A model generated the notes under the pieces. The model was not told the DNA's origin, made no database searches, and saw only the letters and a list, made by a program, of their open reading frames with translations. Source: Promethearchaeota archaeon (GTDB lineage Archaea > Asgardarchaeota > Lokiarchaeia > Sigyniarchaeales > SOKP01). Taken from it: a stretch of 38,181 nucleotides of DNA. Shown here piece after piece: positions 19,065-28,835 of the stretch; positions within the stretch are counted from its first letter, which is position 1, and the number at the start of each line of letters is the position of its first letter. Location: assembly GCA_048939015.1 (NCBI GenBank), contig JBHLPW010000049.1, forward strand, positions 1 through 38,181, read 5' to 3'. The position numbers and the translations under genes were made by a program.

Positions 19065-21161
19065 TTAAAATCTTTGGTCTTTTCTTCTTTTAATTAAGAT
19101 AGTAGCTACTCCGACTAATCCTACTCCAGCAATTAACACAATTAATGCCCAGAACCCTTCACTTTCAAAAACCATGTACACACTAAATGTAGGATCATGC
19201 CATATACCAGTACCGTCCTCAAATTGAGGATAACAGACAGCGTATACCATTACACTTAATTCAGTTTGTACTCTTATGCTTGAAGCAAAAGTACTTACCT
19301 CTTGGCCTCCTTGAATGGTAAAAGTATCATGTCTTTCATGTTCCATCTCCCAGATGAAAAGTGGAATAATACTTGTGCTCGCACTTGTATTTGTCCTCAC
19401 AGACTCAGTTCCATACTCATAACCGGGTCCTGCAATATCAACAAATTCTAACTCGTCTCGAGCAGTACGACCGATATAATTGCCAACCGTAAGTTTATGC
19501 TCAGTACTCTTATAATTTTCTTGTTCCAGTATTGTTTGAGGATCTTCAGGAATTTGTCCTTCAGTTGCTATATTAAGTTCAAAGTGTAAAACCGTAGACA
19601 CATATATGATAGCTAGATCTAAACCAGCTATATCTGAATTAGCATTAGGACTTTCTGGATCATTCCAAGGAGCAAAAAATTGATTAAGCTTAACTAAGCC
19701 GAGAGCAGCACCCAATTGTGCATCAGCCTTTGGTTCAAATGTGAATCCAAAATGAATATAATCAAGATTTTCTTGAGGTGCACCTAAATAAGAATGCAAA
19801 TCAACACCTAACGGAACTGCAGAGATATTTACATCATTAATATCAATTCCCCATGAAATACTTCTATTACTGGGATTTATTTTTGGTTTAACAAATCTAA
19901 AACCACCTACTGTTCCTAATATTAATCGATGTGTTAGTTCTGTACCATGAGGTACATAAGCAGTGGTATTACCACCTAAATCGACTGGTGTATAAACAGC
20001 TGAGATGGTTTCGCTAGCATCTGTATCATTATACAAGAATGCTCCTGCCAAGTGATGTGTAAATAAGAAGAAATCAATATTACATCCTTGAAAAGCATTG
20101 GCAATAAGAAGTTCTGGACTACCCATCCCACCACCGCTACCTGTAGCAGCATTTAGAATTTCATTAACATCAATATGGAGTTCGAAATTTTTGATCCATA
20201 ACTGAATTAGATCAAATGAAAATTGAGTCCAGATAGTTTCTGCAACATTTCCATGAGTTGGAGTTAAAAGCCATTCCATATAATTGTCTTTTCTTGTATG
20301 AGCAGTAGTATTCCAAGTATCTAATAACATAGTTCCGTTAACTATTTCAGTAGCAATCTGTTTATCATCCTGAGGATTTACTGTAGTACCAGTAAAATAC
20401 CATGTTTTAGAGATATTGAACCCAGGTCCTGGTATAATAGTTAACTTCTGCCAAGTAATAGGATTCATTACAAATAATTCATCTCCCGTGAAAATATCAT
20501 TGATATGAATTAAAAACCAAGTAAGCAACGAGATCCCATTCTTAATTAGGTCTTGAGGTATTCCTTCCCCTGCAGATTGGTAAGTCCTAATTTGGTTGAA
20601 AAAGTTGAATAACTTATTAATAGCTGTGATAAACGATCTATCATTATCCCATATAATTAAAGTTACTGCTGCCCCCACTTCTACTTCATAGTCGAATTCT
20701 CCATTTTTTTCAACAAGACAATAAGCATATCCGCTGTCGTTTAAAGACATTCCTGTGATGCCTGGTACTTCAAGTAGATAATCAATAGGAGCAAGATAAA
20801 CGTCTCTTTGATCAAATTCATCCTCAAAATTATATGTGCCTTTCTCTCTATTTGTCCGATTTGCACTTAAGACAAACGTATTACCTAACATCTCATATTT
20901 ACTAAGATTTAACCCTTGCAGAAAAATTGTTTGAAATATCGAACCTAAAATTTGACCACCATAACCTAAGTGATTACTAAAAATCCCTCCAAAACCTCCC
21001 ATAAATCCTTGAAAAATGCCTACATCAATCTGGTTAACATCGAGTACATCATTAATTTCATTCTCTTGTCCCATAGCAGCTATCGGCATTGTAAATACTG
21101 AAGAAAAAATAATAGTAATAACCATTATCGATTTTGTGTTTAAATTCTTCATTATTCTCAT
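19065..21161 (-). CDS. Large membrane-anchored extracellular glycoprotein, unknown function
   Basis: N-terminal signal peptide, about 11 N-x-S/T sequons, 'WHDP' near the C-terminus, C-terminal TM followed by KRRK. Confidence 0.75.
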   Translation of the reverse strand: MRIMKNLNTKSIMVITIIFSSVFTMPIAAMGQENEINDVLDVNQIDVGIFQGFMGGFGGIFSNHLGYGGQILGSIFQTIFLQGLNLSKYEMLGNTFVLSANRTNREKGTYNFEDEFDQRDVYLAPIDYLLEVPGITGMSLNDSGYAYCLVEKNGEFDYEVEVGAAVTLIIWDNDRSFITAINKLFNFFNQIRTYQSAGEGIPQDLIKNGISLLTWFLIHINDIFTGDELFVMNPITWQKLTIIPGPGFNISKTWYFTGTTVNPQDDKQIATEIVNGTMLLDTWNTTAHTRKDNYMEWLLTPTHGNVAETIWTQFSFDLIQLWIKNFELHIDVNEILNAATGSGGGMGSPELLIANAFQGCNIDFFLFTHHLAGAFLYNDTDASETISAVYTPVDLGGNTTAYVPHGTELTHRLILGTVGGFRFVKPKINPSNRSISWGIDINDVNISAVPLGVDLHSYLGAPQENLDYIHFGFTFEPKADAQLGAALGLVKLNQFFAPWNDPESPNANSDIAGLDLAIIYVSTVLHFELNIATEGQIPEDPQTILEQENYKSTEHKLTVGNYIGRTARDELEFVDIAGPGYEYGTESVRTNTSASTSIIPLFIWEMEHERHDTFTIQGGQEVSTFASSIRVQTELSVMVYAVCYPQFEDGTGIWHDPTFSVYMVFESEGFWALIVLIAGVGLVGVATILIKRRKDQRF

Positions 21162-21233
21162 ACTATTTTTTAATTGTTAAAATAAAAGTTCTATTAAGGT
21201 AACAATCAAATTCTGACTTTTTAATAATTTTTG

Positions 21234-21337
21234 TTCTATTATAATAGAATCATACAAATTATCAATTTTAACATGAATCTCATAGATTTCCATAGGACAA
21301 AATCAAAAAATATATCATTTCTTCATACTTATGAAGA
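21234..21337. promoter_or_regulatory. Palindromes upstream of the glycoprotein gene (candidate operator sites)
   Basis: Perfect 16-bp TTCTATTATAATAGAA at 21234-21249; 8-2-8 TCTTCATA-ct-TATGAAGA at 21320-21337; AT-rich, so chance is possible. Confidence 0.3.
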
Positions 21338-21457
21338 TTATTTTAAATCAACTTAACTTGATATTTAATAACCACAAAAATCATCTTGCCTTTAAAAAAA
21401 TAGTTAATAATTTGTGTTATAAAGATTTAAAATTTTTTGAATTTGTGGATTAATATA

Positions 21458-22462
21458 TCATTCAGCGACCATAAATGTGTAAAAAAACACCACAATGTAT
21501 AACACAGCTGAAATAACTAAACTCCACATTTTTAGAAATTCAGCTATATCAGAGGTTGAGAAAATTACATTTGAACCTATAAATACCGCTGCTATTATAT
21601 ATCCAAATAAATGACTTTTAAAACTTTTTACTTTTGTCTTTCCTTGAAAGAAGTTAATTACTGATGTAATTATTATAAATACTAATCCTAATATATAAAA
21701 TAAGTGAATCACTTCATAATCACTAAAATCCAAGAACATGAAAAATCCAAATAGAAAGAGTTCCAGAATTTTTACATTCCAGAATTTTTGTTTGTCTGAA
21801 GGTTCCACAAATAACTGTTCATATTCACTAACCCCTGAAGTATAAAAAAGTAAAATAAATGAACCAATAGCTAACGCCGTAAACAATGAATATGAAATTG
21901 TATAAAGAATTTCAAGGTTAGGTACCCATATATCTTCCCACAAAAATACTGCGAGGGTAAAAAATTCTGGCAATACTATTATTGCACAGAAAATTGGAAG
22001 AATGGAAAAAATCCCCATCATAACCCAAGTTATTACAGAAATTTTAGTATCTTCTTCCCATCTCTTTTTTCTGAAAGTTGTTAATCTCCAAGCAAAAGAT
22101 GCATAACTTAATACAGCTACAACTGGTGTAACTATAGGGAAAATAAAGATAAAAAGAAGATATACAGCATTGATCCCATAAAAAAATTTCAATCTTGAGG
22201 GGACTACACTAATAATGGAGTCAAAATCATCAAGCGTATTTGCAAAACGGTTAATAAAAAGAATTAAGAAGAAAAGCCATGATATACTAAACACAGTAGG
22301 GCATAATATTTTTATTAGTACTACTTTTAGAGTTAGATCATTCGAAAACCATAAATTAAAGTTAGCTATATTGTAAATTAAAAATATGACGATAGGTACT
22401 AAAATAATTGAGACCAACACGATTAATCGACTAAGTATTATTCCTTTTACTTCTCTTGACAT
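21458..22462 (-). CDS. Uncharacterised polytopic membrane protein (about 10 TM)
   Basis: Almost entirely hydrophobic segments with short loops; no recognised family motif. Confidence 0.75.
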   Translation of the reverse strand: MSREVKGIILSRLIVLVSIILVPIVIFLIYNIANFNLWFSNDLTLKVVLIKILCPTVFSISWLFFLILFINRFANTLDDFDSIISVVPSRLKFFYGINAVYLLFIFIFPIVTPVVAVLSYASFAWRLTTFRKKRWEEDTKISVITWVMMGIFSILPIFCAIIVLPEFFTLAVFLWEDIWVPNLEILYTISYSLFTALAIGSFILLFYTSGVSEYEQLFVEPSDKQKFWNVKILELFLFGFFMFLDFSDYEVIHLFYILGLVFIIITSVINFFQGKTKVKSFKSHLFGYIIAAVFIGSNVIFSTSDIAEFLKMWSLVISAVLYIVVFFYTFMVAE

Positions 22463-22600
22463 AATCTCATTAATTACATTGAATTTTTAATATTTATATA
22501 AAATACCATAATTTAATAATTAATATATTTTAACTGAAAATTTAGGTGTTTGAAAAAAGTATAGAAATAAGTAATTAATAAATTTTATACGTGTTAATTT

Positions 22601-23380
22601 TTATTTTCTTGCACCACAATTTGTACAAAACATATCATCACTCGTAAGTTTAGCCCCACAATTACTGCAGATATTTGAACTAGGAGGACTTATTGGCTTC
22701 TCTTCTAAAACCTCTCTGGGGAACATTTCAGAAGTTTCTGCAGTTTCTTTTTTTACTTTTACTTTCTTTTTCTTTTTCTCTTTAGCGACTCCTGTTCCTT
22801 TATATTTCAAACTTCCTATAAAAGCCCCAAACACTGCCCCTACTAAACATCCTTCGAAGACGGCTGTTAGTACAGCTACAAGATATGGTAAATCTGTTAA
22901 TCCTTGCATTATTCCATCTAATATTGCAGGGCCTATACCTAATGGTATAAGAACAGCTAGTATGATATAAACCACTGATAAAATAATTGCATAACCTATT
23001 CCTATCGCAAGACTAGTATGTAAACCTCCACGTGGAGAGTGAGCAAAAAGTCCACTTGTTATGACACAACATAGAATCCAAGGAACTGTAACCGCGATAA
23101 GTAATGCAACATCATCAGGGCGATAATAAAGACACCAATGTATTGGAAATAAAAAAATAAGTAAAGCACCAATTAGCATACCTGCAACAATTGATATAAA
23201 TAATCCTAATCCACCAAGACCAAGATAACTCATTAAATCTTCTATTGCATTATCAACATTCGCAATTAAACCACCTGTTACCCCCTCTGTGAGATTGAGA
23301 AATCTAAATGAAACATAAGCCATAGGAATAAGACAACACATCCCGGCACATCCTGATTTTATTACACGCCACCATCCCAT
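22601..23380 (-). CDS. Gly-rich polytopic membrane protein with Lys-rich linker and C-terminal zinc ribbon
   Basis: About 5 TM segments, KEKKKKKVKVKKE, CSNC-x10-CTNC; purine-rich SD-like GGAAGGGGGA upstream. Confidence 0.75.
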   Translation of the reverse strand: MGWWRVIKSGCAGMCCLIPMAYVSFRFLNLTEGVTGGLIANVDNAIEDLMSYLGLGGLGLFISIVAGMLIGALLIFLFPIHWCLYYRPDDVALLIAVTVPWILCCVITSGLFAHSPRGGLHTSLAIGIGYAIILSVVYIILAVLIPLGIGPAILDGIMQGLTDLPYLVAVLTAVFEGCLVGAVFGAFIGSLKYKGTGVAKEKKKKKVKVKKETAETSEMFPREVLEEKPISPPSSNICSNCGAKLTSDDMFCTNCGARK

Positions 23381-23598
23381 AAATATCCCCCTTCCATTAG
23401 TGATTGAATGTTTTTAATTTCCTTATTACTATTCAAAACTACTTTCCATATTTATATTTTTGGCATGTAATTTTTTCAAAATATTTTCTATTAGAATCAC
23501 TAATTAGTGCTATAGTTATTATTACTAAAAATGTTAAATAAATTCTATTTAGTTTTTTAAAGAAGATTTTAAAGAAAAGAGAAAAAATAAATTTAATT

Positions 23599-24288
23599 CT
23601 ATTGAATTTTAGTTATTCGGCCATTATCCATTAGTATGGTTTTATCTCCATACTTCGATAAATCTCTATGAGTTACCACTAAGATTGTAGTTTCCATCTC
23701 TTTATTTATTTTCTTTAGCAATTCCATGACTTGTTTTTCTGATTCTGGATCTAGATTACCAGTAGGTTCATCAGCTAGAATAACTCGTGGTCTGTGAATT
23801 ATAGCTCGAGCAATACCACATCTTTGTTTTTCTCCACCAGACATTTGAACAGGAAAATGATCTTTACGATCTAATAAATCAACATCTCTTAAGGCGGCAA
23901 TTGCTCTATTTTCAATTTCTTTTTGACGTAATACTGTTGGCCATAAAACAGATTCTACATTTTCTATTGCAGTTAAGGTGTTGACAAGATTAAAATCTTG
24001 AAATACAAAACCTATTTTCTGTCTTCTGAGTCTACTCAATCTATCTTCAGTTGAACGTGCGATGTTCTCTCCATCAAATATGATTCTACCAGAATCAGGT
24101 AAGTCCAATCCTGAAAGCACATTGAGGAGTGTAGATTTTCCACAACCTGTTGGACCTTGAATCATAGCAAACTCTCCGGATCTAATTTTTAGATTCACAT
24201 CTGCTAATGCTCTAATAATAGCACCTGCTCTTCTATATTCTTTATTCACATCTACAGCTTCAATCATTATATCTTTTTCGGATGACAT
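23599..24288 (-). CDS. ABC transporter ATP-binding protein, LolD/MacB/FtsE class
   Basis: Walker A GPTGCGKS, IGFVFQDFNL, MSGGEKQR, ILADEPTGNLD, VVTH. Confidence 0.95.
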   Translation of the reverse strand: MSSEKDIMIEAVDVNKEYRRAGAIIRALADVNLKIRSGEFAMIQGPTGCGKSTLLNVLSGLDLPDSGRIIFDGENIARSTEDRLSRLRRQKIGFVFQDFNLVNTLTAIENVESVLWPTVLRQKEIENRAIAALRDVDLLDRKDHFPVQMSGGEKQRCGIARAIIHRPRVILADEPTGNLDPESEKQVMELLKKINKEMETTILVVTHRDLSKYGDKTILMDNGRITKIQ

Positions 24289-24297
24289 TTTTCTTTA

Positions 24298-24304
24298 ACC
24301 TCCT
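24298..24304 (-). promoter_or_regulatory. Shine-Dalgarno site for the ABC ATPase
   Basis: AGGAGGT abutting the permease stop, 9 nt before the ATG at 24288; suggests co-transcription. Confidence 0.7.
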
Positions 24305-24846
24305 TACTCCCCCACTTTTTTCAGTGCTATTATTGGCCGAACCTTAAGAACCTTTCTATATGCTAAAATAAAAGCAATTATTTGAACACCTATAAAAATT
24401 GCACTGGTAAGAACAACAGGAAGCAAATCAACTATAGTCGTAAGAGTAAAAGATAAAGGAGTTTGATTTAAGTATGCAACAATAGCAGCATAATGAAATA
24501 AAACCTCAATTACAATAAAAAAACCTACTAACGTTGTGAAAAAGATCATACCTGAAACAAATGATAGAATATTTCTATTTGTATATCCAATACATTTAAA
24601 AGTCGCCCAAACACGTCTTTTTCTAGAGACCAAAATCCAAGCGTAGAGTAAAGAGAGAAATAAAGATGTTCCAAAAAAGATAAAAACAAAATACCACACC
24701 ATTTCTCCAAAACTACCCTCTAGACCTAAGTCTATGAAAAATGACGTCAAAAATATAAGCGTTGTATATATTAATGTAAATACTATAAATACTTTTTTTT
24801 CACGTAAAGATAAAAGAATAGCCTTTCTCCACATTCTAAAAGCCAA
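24304..24846 (-). CDS. Minimal FtsX/MacB-type (type VII ABC) permease lacking the extracellular domain (TTG start)
   Basis: Amphipathic N-helix, 4 TM, coupling helix RKRRVWATFKCIGYTNRNI, C-terminal KVRPIIALK; 15 nt upstream of the ATPase; GGTGA SD. Confidence 0.8.
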   Translation of the reverse strand: MAFRMWRKAILLSLREKKVFIVFTLIYTTLIFLTSFFIDLGLEGSFGEMVWYFVFIFFGTSLFLSLLYAWILVSRKRRVWATFKCIGYTNRNILSFVSGMIFFTTLVGFFIVIEVLFHYAAIVAYLNQTPLSFTLTTIVDLLPVVLTSAIFIGVQIIAFILAYRKVLKVRPIIALKKVGE

Positions 24847-24952
24847 TTAATTTCACCGTACTTTTTTCAATTTATTATTAAATTATATTTAAATTTATGA
24901 TTGATTTTATTTATGTTATTATAACAATATAATAATAAATATTTGGTGGAAA

Positions 24953-25354
24953 ATGTCCGAGATTGAAGCAATTATTGATGAATTACTAGAGGTTGAACAA
25001 AATATCTATGGAATAGGAATAATAGGGAAAAATGGTAATTTAATCACTCAGACAGAAAATTGGGATTTAACTAGTGATCTCGAACTAATTAATGAATTGC
25101 TTAATCAGAAACTGGAATTAGGAGAAAAAGGGATCAGTAGTATCACTATTCAAGGTATAAAATATATGATCGTTGAAAATACAGAAGAAAGAAAAATTGG
25201 TACTAATATCATGCATAAAGGGCATATTATTATATGTCCTGTTCCAATAGGAGGTACTGGAGCATTAATATGTTATATAAATCCTCAAGCCGGTCCAAGA
25301 GATGCTCTCTTCGCAGCTCAAGAGTATGCCTTAAAACTAAAAGATTTTGTTTAA
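24953..25354 (+). CDS. Profilin (Loki-type)
   Basis: Closely matches my recollection of characterised Loki profilins: ITQTENW, KLELGEKGI (Loki-loop region), IQGIKYMIVENTEERKIGTN, PIGGTGALI, AGPRD. Confidence 0.92.
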   Translation: MSEIEAIIDELLEVEQNIYGIGIIGKNGNLITQTENWDLTSDLELINELLNQKLELGEKGISSITIQGIKYMIVENTEERKIGTNIMHKGHIIICPVPIGGTGALICYINPQAGPRDALFAAQEYALKLKDFV

Positions 25355-25369
25355 ATTTTTTTATCTTTT

Positions 25370-26488
25370 TTATTTTAATGAACTCCAATAATTATTTAGA
25401 AGTTTTTTTAGACTCGTATTAATTTTCCCTATTTCACTTTCTTTTGAATAATCTGAAAAATCTAAATATTCAATAAATGGGCGTTCATACTTCTCTTTTA
25501 ATAAAGCTTTAATTACTGAGTGTACACAAATAGGGAGTCCTATTAAGCTGTATCCCCCTTCAAGTATAAAAACTAATTTACCTTCACATATCTCCTCAGC
25601 AATTTTTAATATTTTTTCAGTGAATTTATAATATGAAATAGATGTGAGTAAGCAGTTCCCTATTGGATCAGCATAATACATATCAAAACCAGCTGCAATT
25701 AATATTATGTCGGGTTTAAATTCTCTTAAAACAAGGTCTAATATTTCAATAGCCTTCATAAAATCATTATCAGTAGAGTTAAATGGTATTGGAAAGTTAA
25801 TATTTCTTCCAAGACCTTCTCCTGAACCTATTTCATCGATAAACCCTACATCTCCTTCTACAAAATCATATTCATGAACAGAAAAATATAATACACTTGG
25901 ATCTTCATAAAAATACTGGACAAGACCATCTCCGAAATGAGCATCAATGTCAACTATTGCTATTTTTTTAGTGTATTGTAATTCTTCACGCAAGAAGATA
26001 ATTGAATTTGCGATATTATTAAATATACAAAGCCCTGAGGATTTTTCTCGTAAAGCATGATGTCCCGGGGGTCTTAGAAAGGCAAATGATTGATTTACTT
26101 CCTGATTTATAACAACGTTAATTGATGTTATAGCCGCTTCTACTGCCTTCTTTGCGAGTTCAAAAGTATCTTCAGTAATAAAGACTTCATCCTCTAATAA
26201 GCCGGTTCCTCTACTTGAGAGATTCTTAATTAAATTAATATGATATTTAGTATGTGCTAATTGAATAATATCTTCCTCTACTTTAATTGGCTTTATCTTA
26301 ATAATGTTCTCATTTTTAAAAATATCTTTCTTTTCTAAATAATTTAAGATGACTTTGATTCTTAGGGGCGTCTCATATGAAAGAAACGTCGGATATGGAT
26401 ATGGAGGTATATTTTTAGTAGCAAAATCTTCATCTACTATTATTCCAATTTTATTTCTATCTATCATCATAAAGACAAAAATTGTCAA
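25370..26488 (-). CDS. Histone deacetylase-family (Zn-dependent) deacetylase; start possibly ~26470
   Basis: RPPGHHA, GLCIFNN, DIDAHFGDG, AGFD...DP, LEGGY. Confidence 0.92.
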   Translation of the reverse strand: MTIFVFMMIDRNKIGIIVDEDFATKNIPPYPYPTFLSYETPLRIKVILNYLEKKDIFKNENIIKIKPIKVEEDIIQLAHTKYHINLIKNLSSRGTGLLEDEVFITEDTFELAKKAVEAAITSINVVINQEVNQSFAFLRPPGHHALREKSSGLCIFNNIANSIIFLREELQYTKKIAIVDIDAHFGDGLVQYFYEDPSVLYFSVHEYDFVEGDVGFIDEIGSGEGLGRNINFPIPFNSTDNDFMKAIEILDLVLREFKPDIILIAAGFDMYYADPIGNCLLTSISYYKFTEKILKIAEEICEGKLVFILEGGYSLIGLPICVHSVIKALLKEKYERPFIEYLDFSDYSKESEIGKINTSLKKLLNNYWSSLK

Positions 26489-26573
26489 AAATACCTAAAT
26501 TATTATTATAACAATTACATACATTTATTTTAAATAAATTCTAATTTTATCACTAAAATAAAAACTGTTTATT

Positions 26574-28754
26574 ATGGATGTAATAGTAATCTTTCTCACA
26601 ATTTTATTAAACGCATTACCAATACTAATTTTAATAATACCTCTATTCTTTATTTGGAAAAAAACTATAGGCAAATTATATTTTAGAATATTTTTAGGAA
26701 TTGTTGTTTTCTATTTCATTTACTGGATTGTACCAATTATTTTTCAAATCATGGATGATCCTAAAGAATTAACAGGAGGAAATACAATAATAGCTATACA
26801 ATTCATAGGAGCCCGAATTGGGACATTACTGACTTTATTTGCCACTTATCCATTAGTTACCTTACCATTCATATTTTTTGTAGCACCCTTTATTTCTCTT
26901 CTAATTGTTTGGAATCGTATAAGAACAGAAGAAGGTTCTATTAAAGAGAATTTAAAACAAATTACCTATCATTTAGAAAAAAGCCCATTTCAAATGATTC
27001 GAGATGAAATCGTTAAAAAAGACTTTACGAGAGAAAAAGAAATTCTCAAATTAATGATTGTATTATTACCGATTTCTCTCTATATAGTACAAGTAATATT
27101 AACGGTTTCTGGATTAGAAAATGAAAGCCTAACGACAGGAAATACGGCAATAGGATGGTTTCTCGAGATTTTATTCGTCTATCTTGCTATTTTAATATTA
27201 AGTATTGAGCTGGTTTTTAGTTCCAAGATTGCTTTAAAGGGTAGATATATTGGTGAAGAGATAAGAAGACAGACTTTTAAAAGTCTTTATACTGTTGGAG
27301 CGCCCATTTCTATTTTATCAATTTTACTCTTTCTTGCTCAGTATTTCGATTCTATCCTCATTATTATATTCTTTTTTGCTTATTTTATAATGGCCTCAAT
27401 CATATTTGTTTTATTTCTTAGAGTTTTTGAACCTATATCTATCCTTATATTTGTGAAACTAATTGATTGGTGGAAGACTAAAAAACAAAAAATGAGAAAT
27501 ATAGATACCAGTAATATCTTACTAATTATCTTCTACGGATTAGTCGCAATTGGACTTTTCTTTGTTATATATTTAGCAATTTCCAGTTTTATCTACTATC
27601 CATATTTAAGTGATCCAGCTCTCTTAACACAGGCAAACTTTACAGAACCTAATCCGGCTTTGATAAATTCGATAAAATTTGAATTATTAATTTCACTAGG
27701 ATTTTTACAGATACTTGTGCCAATAATCATAGTAGGACTTTTCCTTTCTAAAAGTCTAAAATATGCTAAAAGTAAGTTTATAGGATATATTGTTTTTCTG
27801 CCAATTATTATCATCATATCCATCTTTCTGTATGCAGGACAAGAATATTGGTTAACGGGGCAAATAAGCTACATAATGATGTCTGACTCATATTTTATTA
27901 CTTTCAGGACTGCTAGTTTAGACGCTAATTTATCGGCAATATTACATGGATTAGCTCTTCCTTATCTATACACTAGATATATTTTTAACATAATTTTATG
28001 GAGCATCTTAATTTTCTATTTTGGTAAATCATTTAAAAGTAAAATATTAGTGAAAGATGAATTCCATCAAGAGAAGATTATTTTCAGTACAATTAGTGAA
28101 TATCTTAAATACGATGAGTATGACAAAAGTGAAATTCAATACTTAATCACAAAAAGTGAAGAAATTCTTAGAGAAAACATTGATAAAGAACGTGAAGAGG
28201 TAAAATTAATTGTAAATAAACTGGAAGAGGATAGATTTCTTAAGGAATTAAAACCTTTAGAAGAAAATGAAAAGAAACGGTTTTATTTTACCTTAAGGTA
28301 TCTTTTTAATAATAATTTTATTAATATTTGGAAACCGGAACTAAGCTATACTTTTGAACCAGCAGAAAAGCAAGGACTTTACATTATATATGATGATGGA
28401 AGAGGTGTCTATAATTATGCTTTTCAAGAAAGTGTGGATCAAGATCCCGGACTCGTTTCGGGAATGTTCTCCGCAATTACTTCTTTTGTTAAGGAAATGA
28501 CGAAATCTACTGAAGCGTTGAAAAAAATAGACCATGGTGATATTACTATTCTCTTAGAATATGGAGAACGTATATTTGGTGCTTTATTTATAAAGGGTCC
28601 TCAGTCTGCTGAAGTAAGGGCCCCTCTAAAAGAATTTGTTAATTGGTTTGAAGAAAAATATAAGGATACGTTAAAAAATTGGACTGGAGCACTTCATTCT
28701 TTCAAGATGGATGAAAATCATAAGAAGATTGAAGAGATGTTTAAAGAGGAATAA
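26574..28754 (+). CDS. Polytopic membrane protein (over 10 TM) with C-terminal cytoplasmic longin-like domain
   Basis: Hydrophobic N-terminal ~485 aa; C-terminal GLYIIYDDGRGVY...DPGLVSGMFSAITSFVKE...KIDHGDITILLEYG...FEEKY...WTG. Confidence 0.78.
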   Translation: MDVIVIFLTILLNALPILILIIPLFFIWKKTIGKLYFRIFLGIVVFYFIYWIVPIIFQIMDDPKELTGGNTIIAIQFIGARIGTLLTLFATYPLVTLPFIFFVAPFISLLIVWNRIRTEEGSIKENLKQITYHLEKSPFQMIRDEIVKKDFTREKEILKLMIVLLPISLYIVQVILTVSGLENESLTTGNTAIGWFLEILFVYLAILILSIELVFSSKIALKGRYIGEEIRRQTFKSLYTVGAPISILSILLFLAQYFDSILIIIFFFAYFIMASIIFVLFLRVFEPISILIFVKLIDWWKTKKQKMRNIDTSNILLIIFYGLVAIGLFFVIYLAISSFIYYPYLSDPALLTQANFTEPNPALINSIKFELLISLGFLQILVPIIIVGLFLSKSLKYAKSKFIGYIVFLPIIIIISIFLYAGQEYWLTGQISYIMMSDSYFITFRTASLDANLSAILHGLALPYLYTRYIFNIILWSILIFYFGKSFKSKILVKDEFHQEKIIFSTISEYLKYDEYDKSEIQYLITKSEEILRENIDKEREEVKLIVNKLEEDRFLKELKPLEENEKKRFYFTLRYLFNNNFINIWKPELSYTFEPAEKQGLYIIYDDGRGVYNYAFQESVDQDPGLVSGMFSAITSFVKEMTKSTEALKKIDHGDITILLEYGERIFGALFIKGPQSAEVRAPLKEFVNWFEEKYKDTLKNWTGALHSFKMDENHKKIEEMFKEE

Positions 28755-28774
28755 ATATAAAATTTATATTTTAC

Positions 28775-28792
28775 TTTTTTTCTTTTTTTTTT
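28775..28792 (+). terminator. Oligo-T terminator candidate
   Basis: tttttttctttttttttt 20 nt after the 28754 stop. Confidence 0.45.
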
Positions 28793-28835
28793 ACCAGCAT
28801 AAATCTTTTTATAACTAATTATCGAAGAATTATTT

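Noticed and set aside
23498-23509. 12-bp palindrome CACTAATTAGTG
   Set aside because: Single short palindrome in AT-rich DNA; expected by chance
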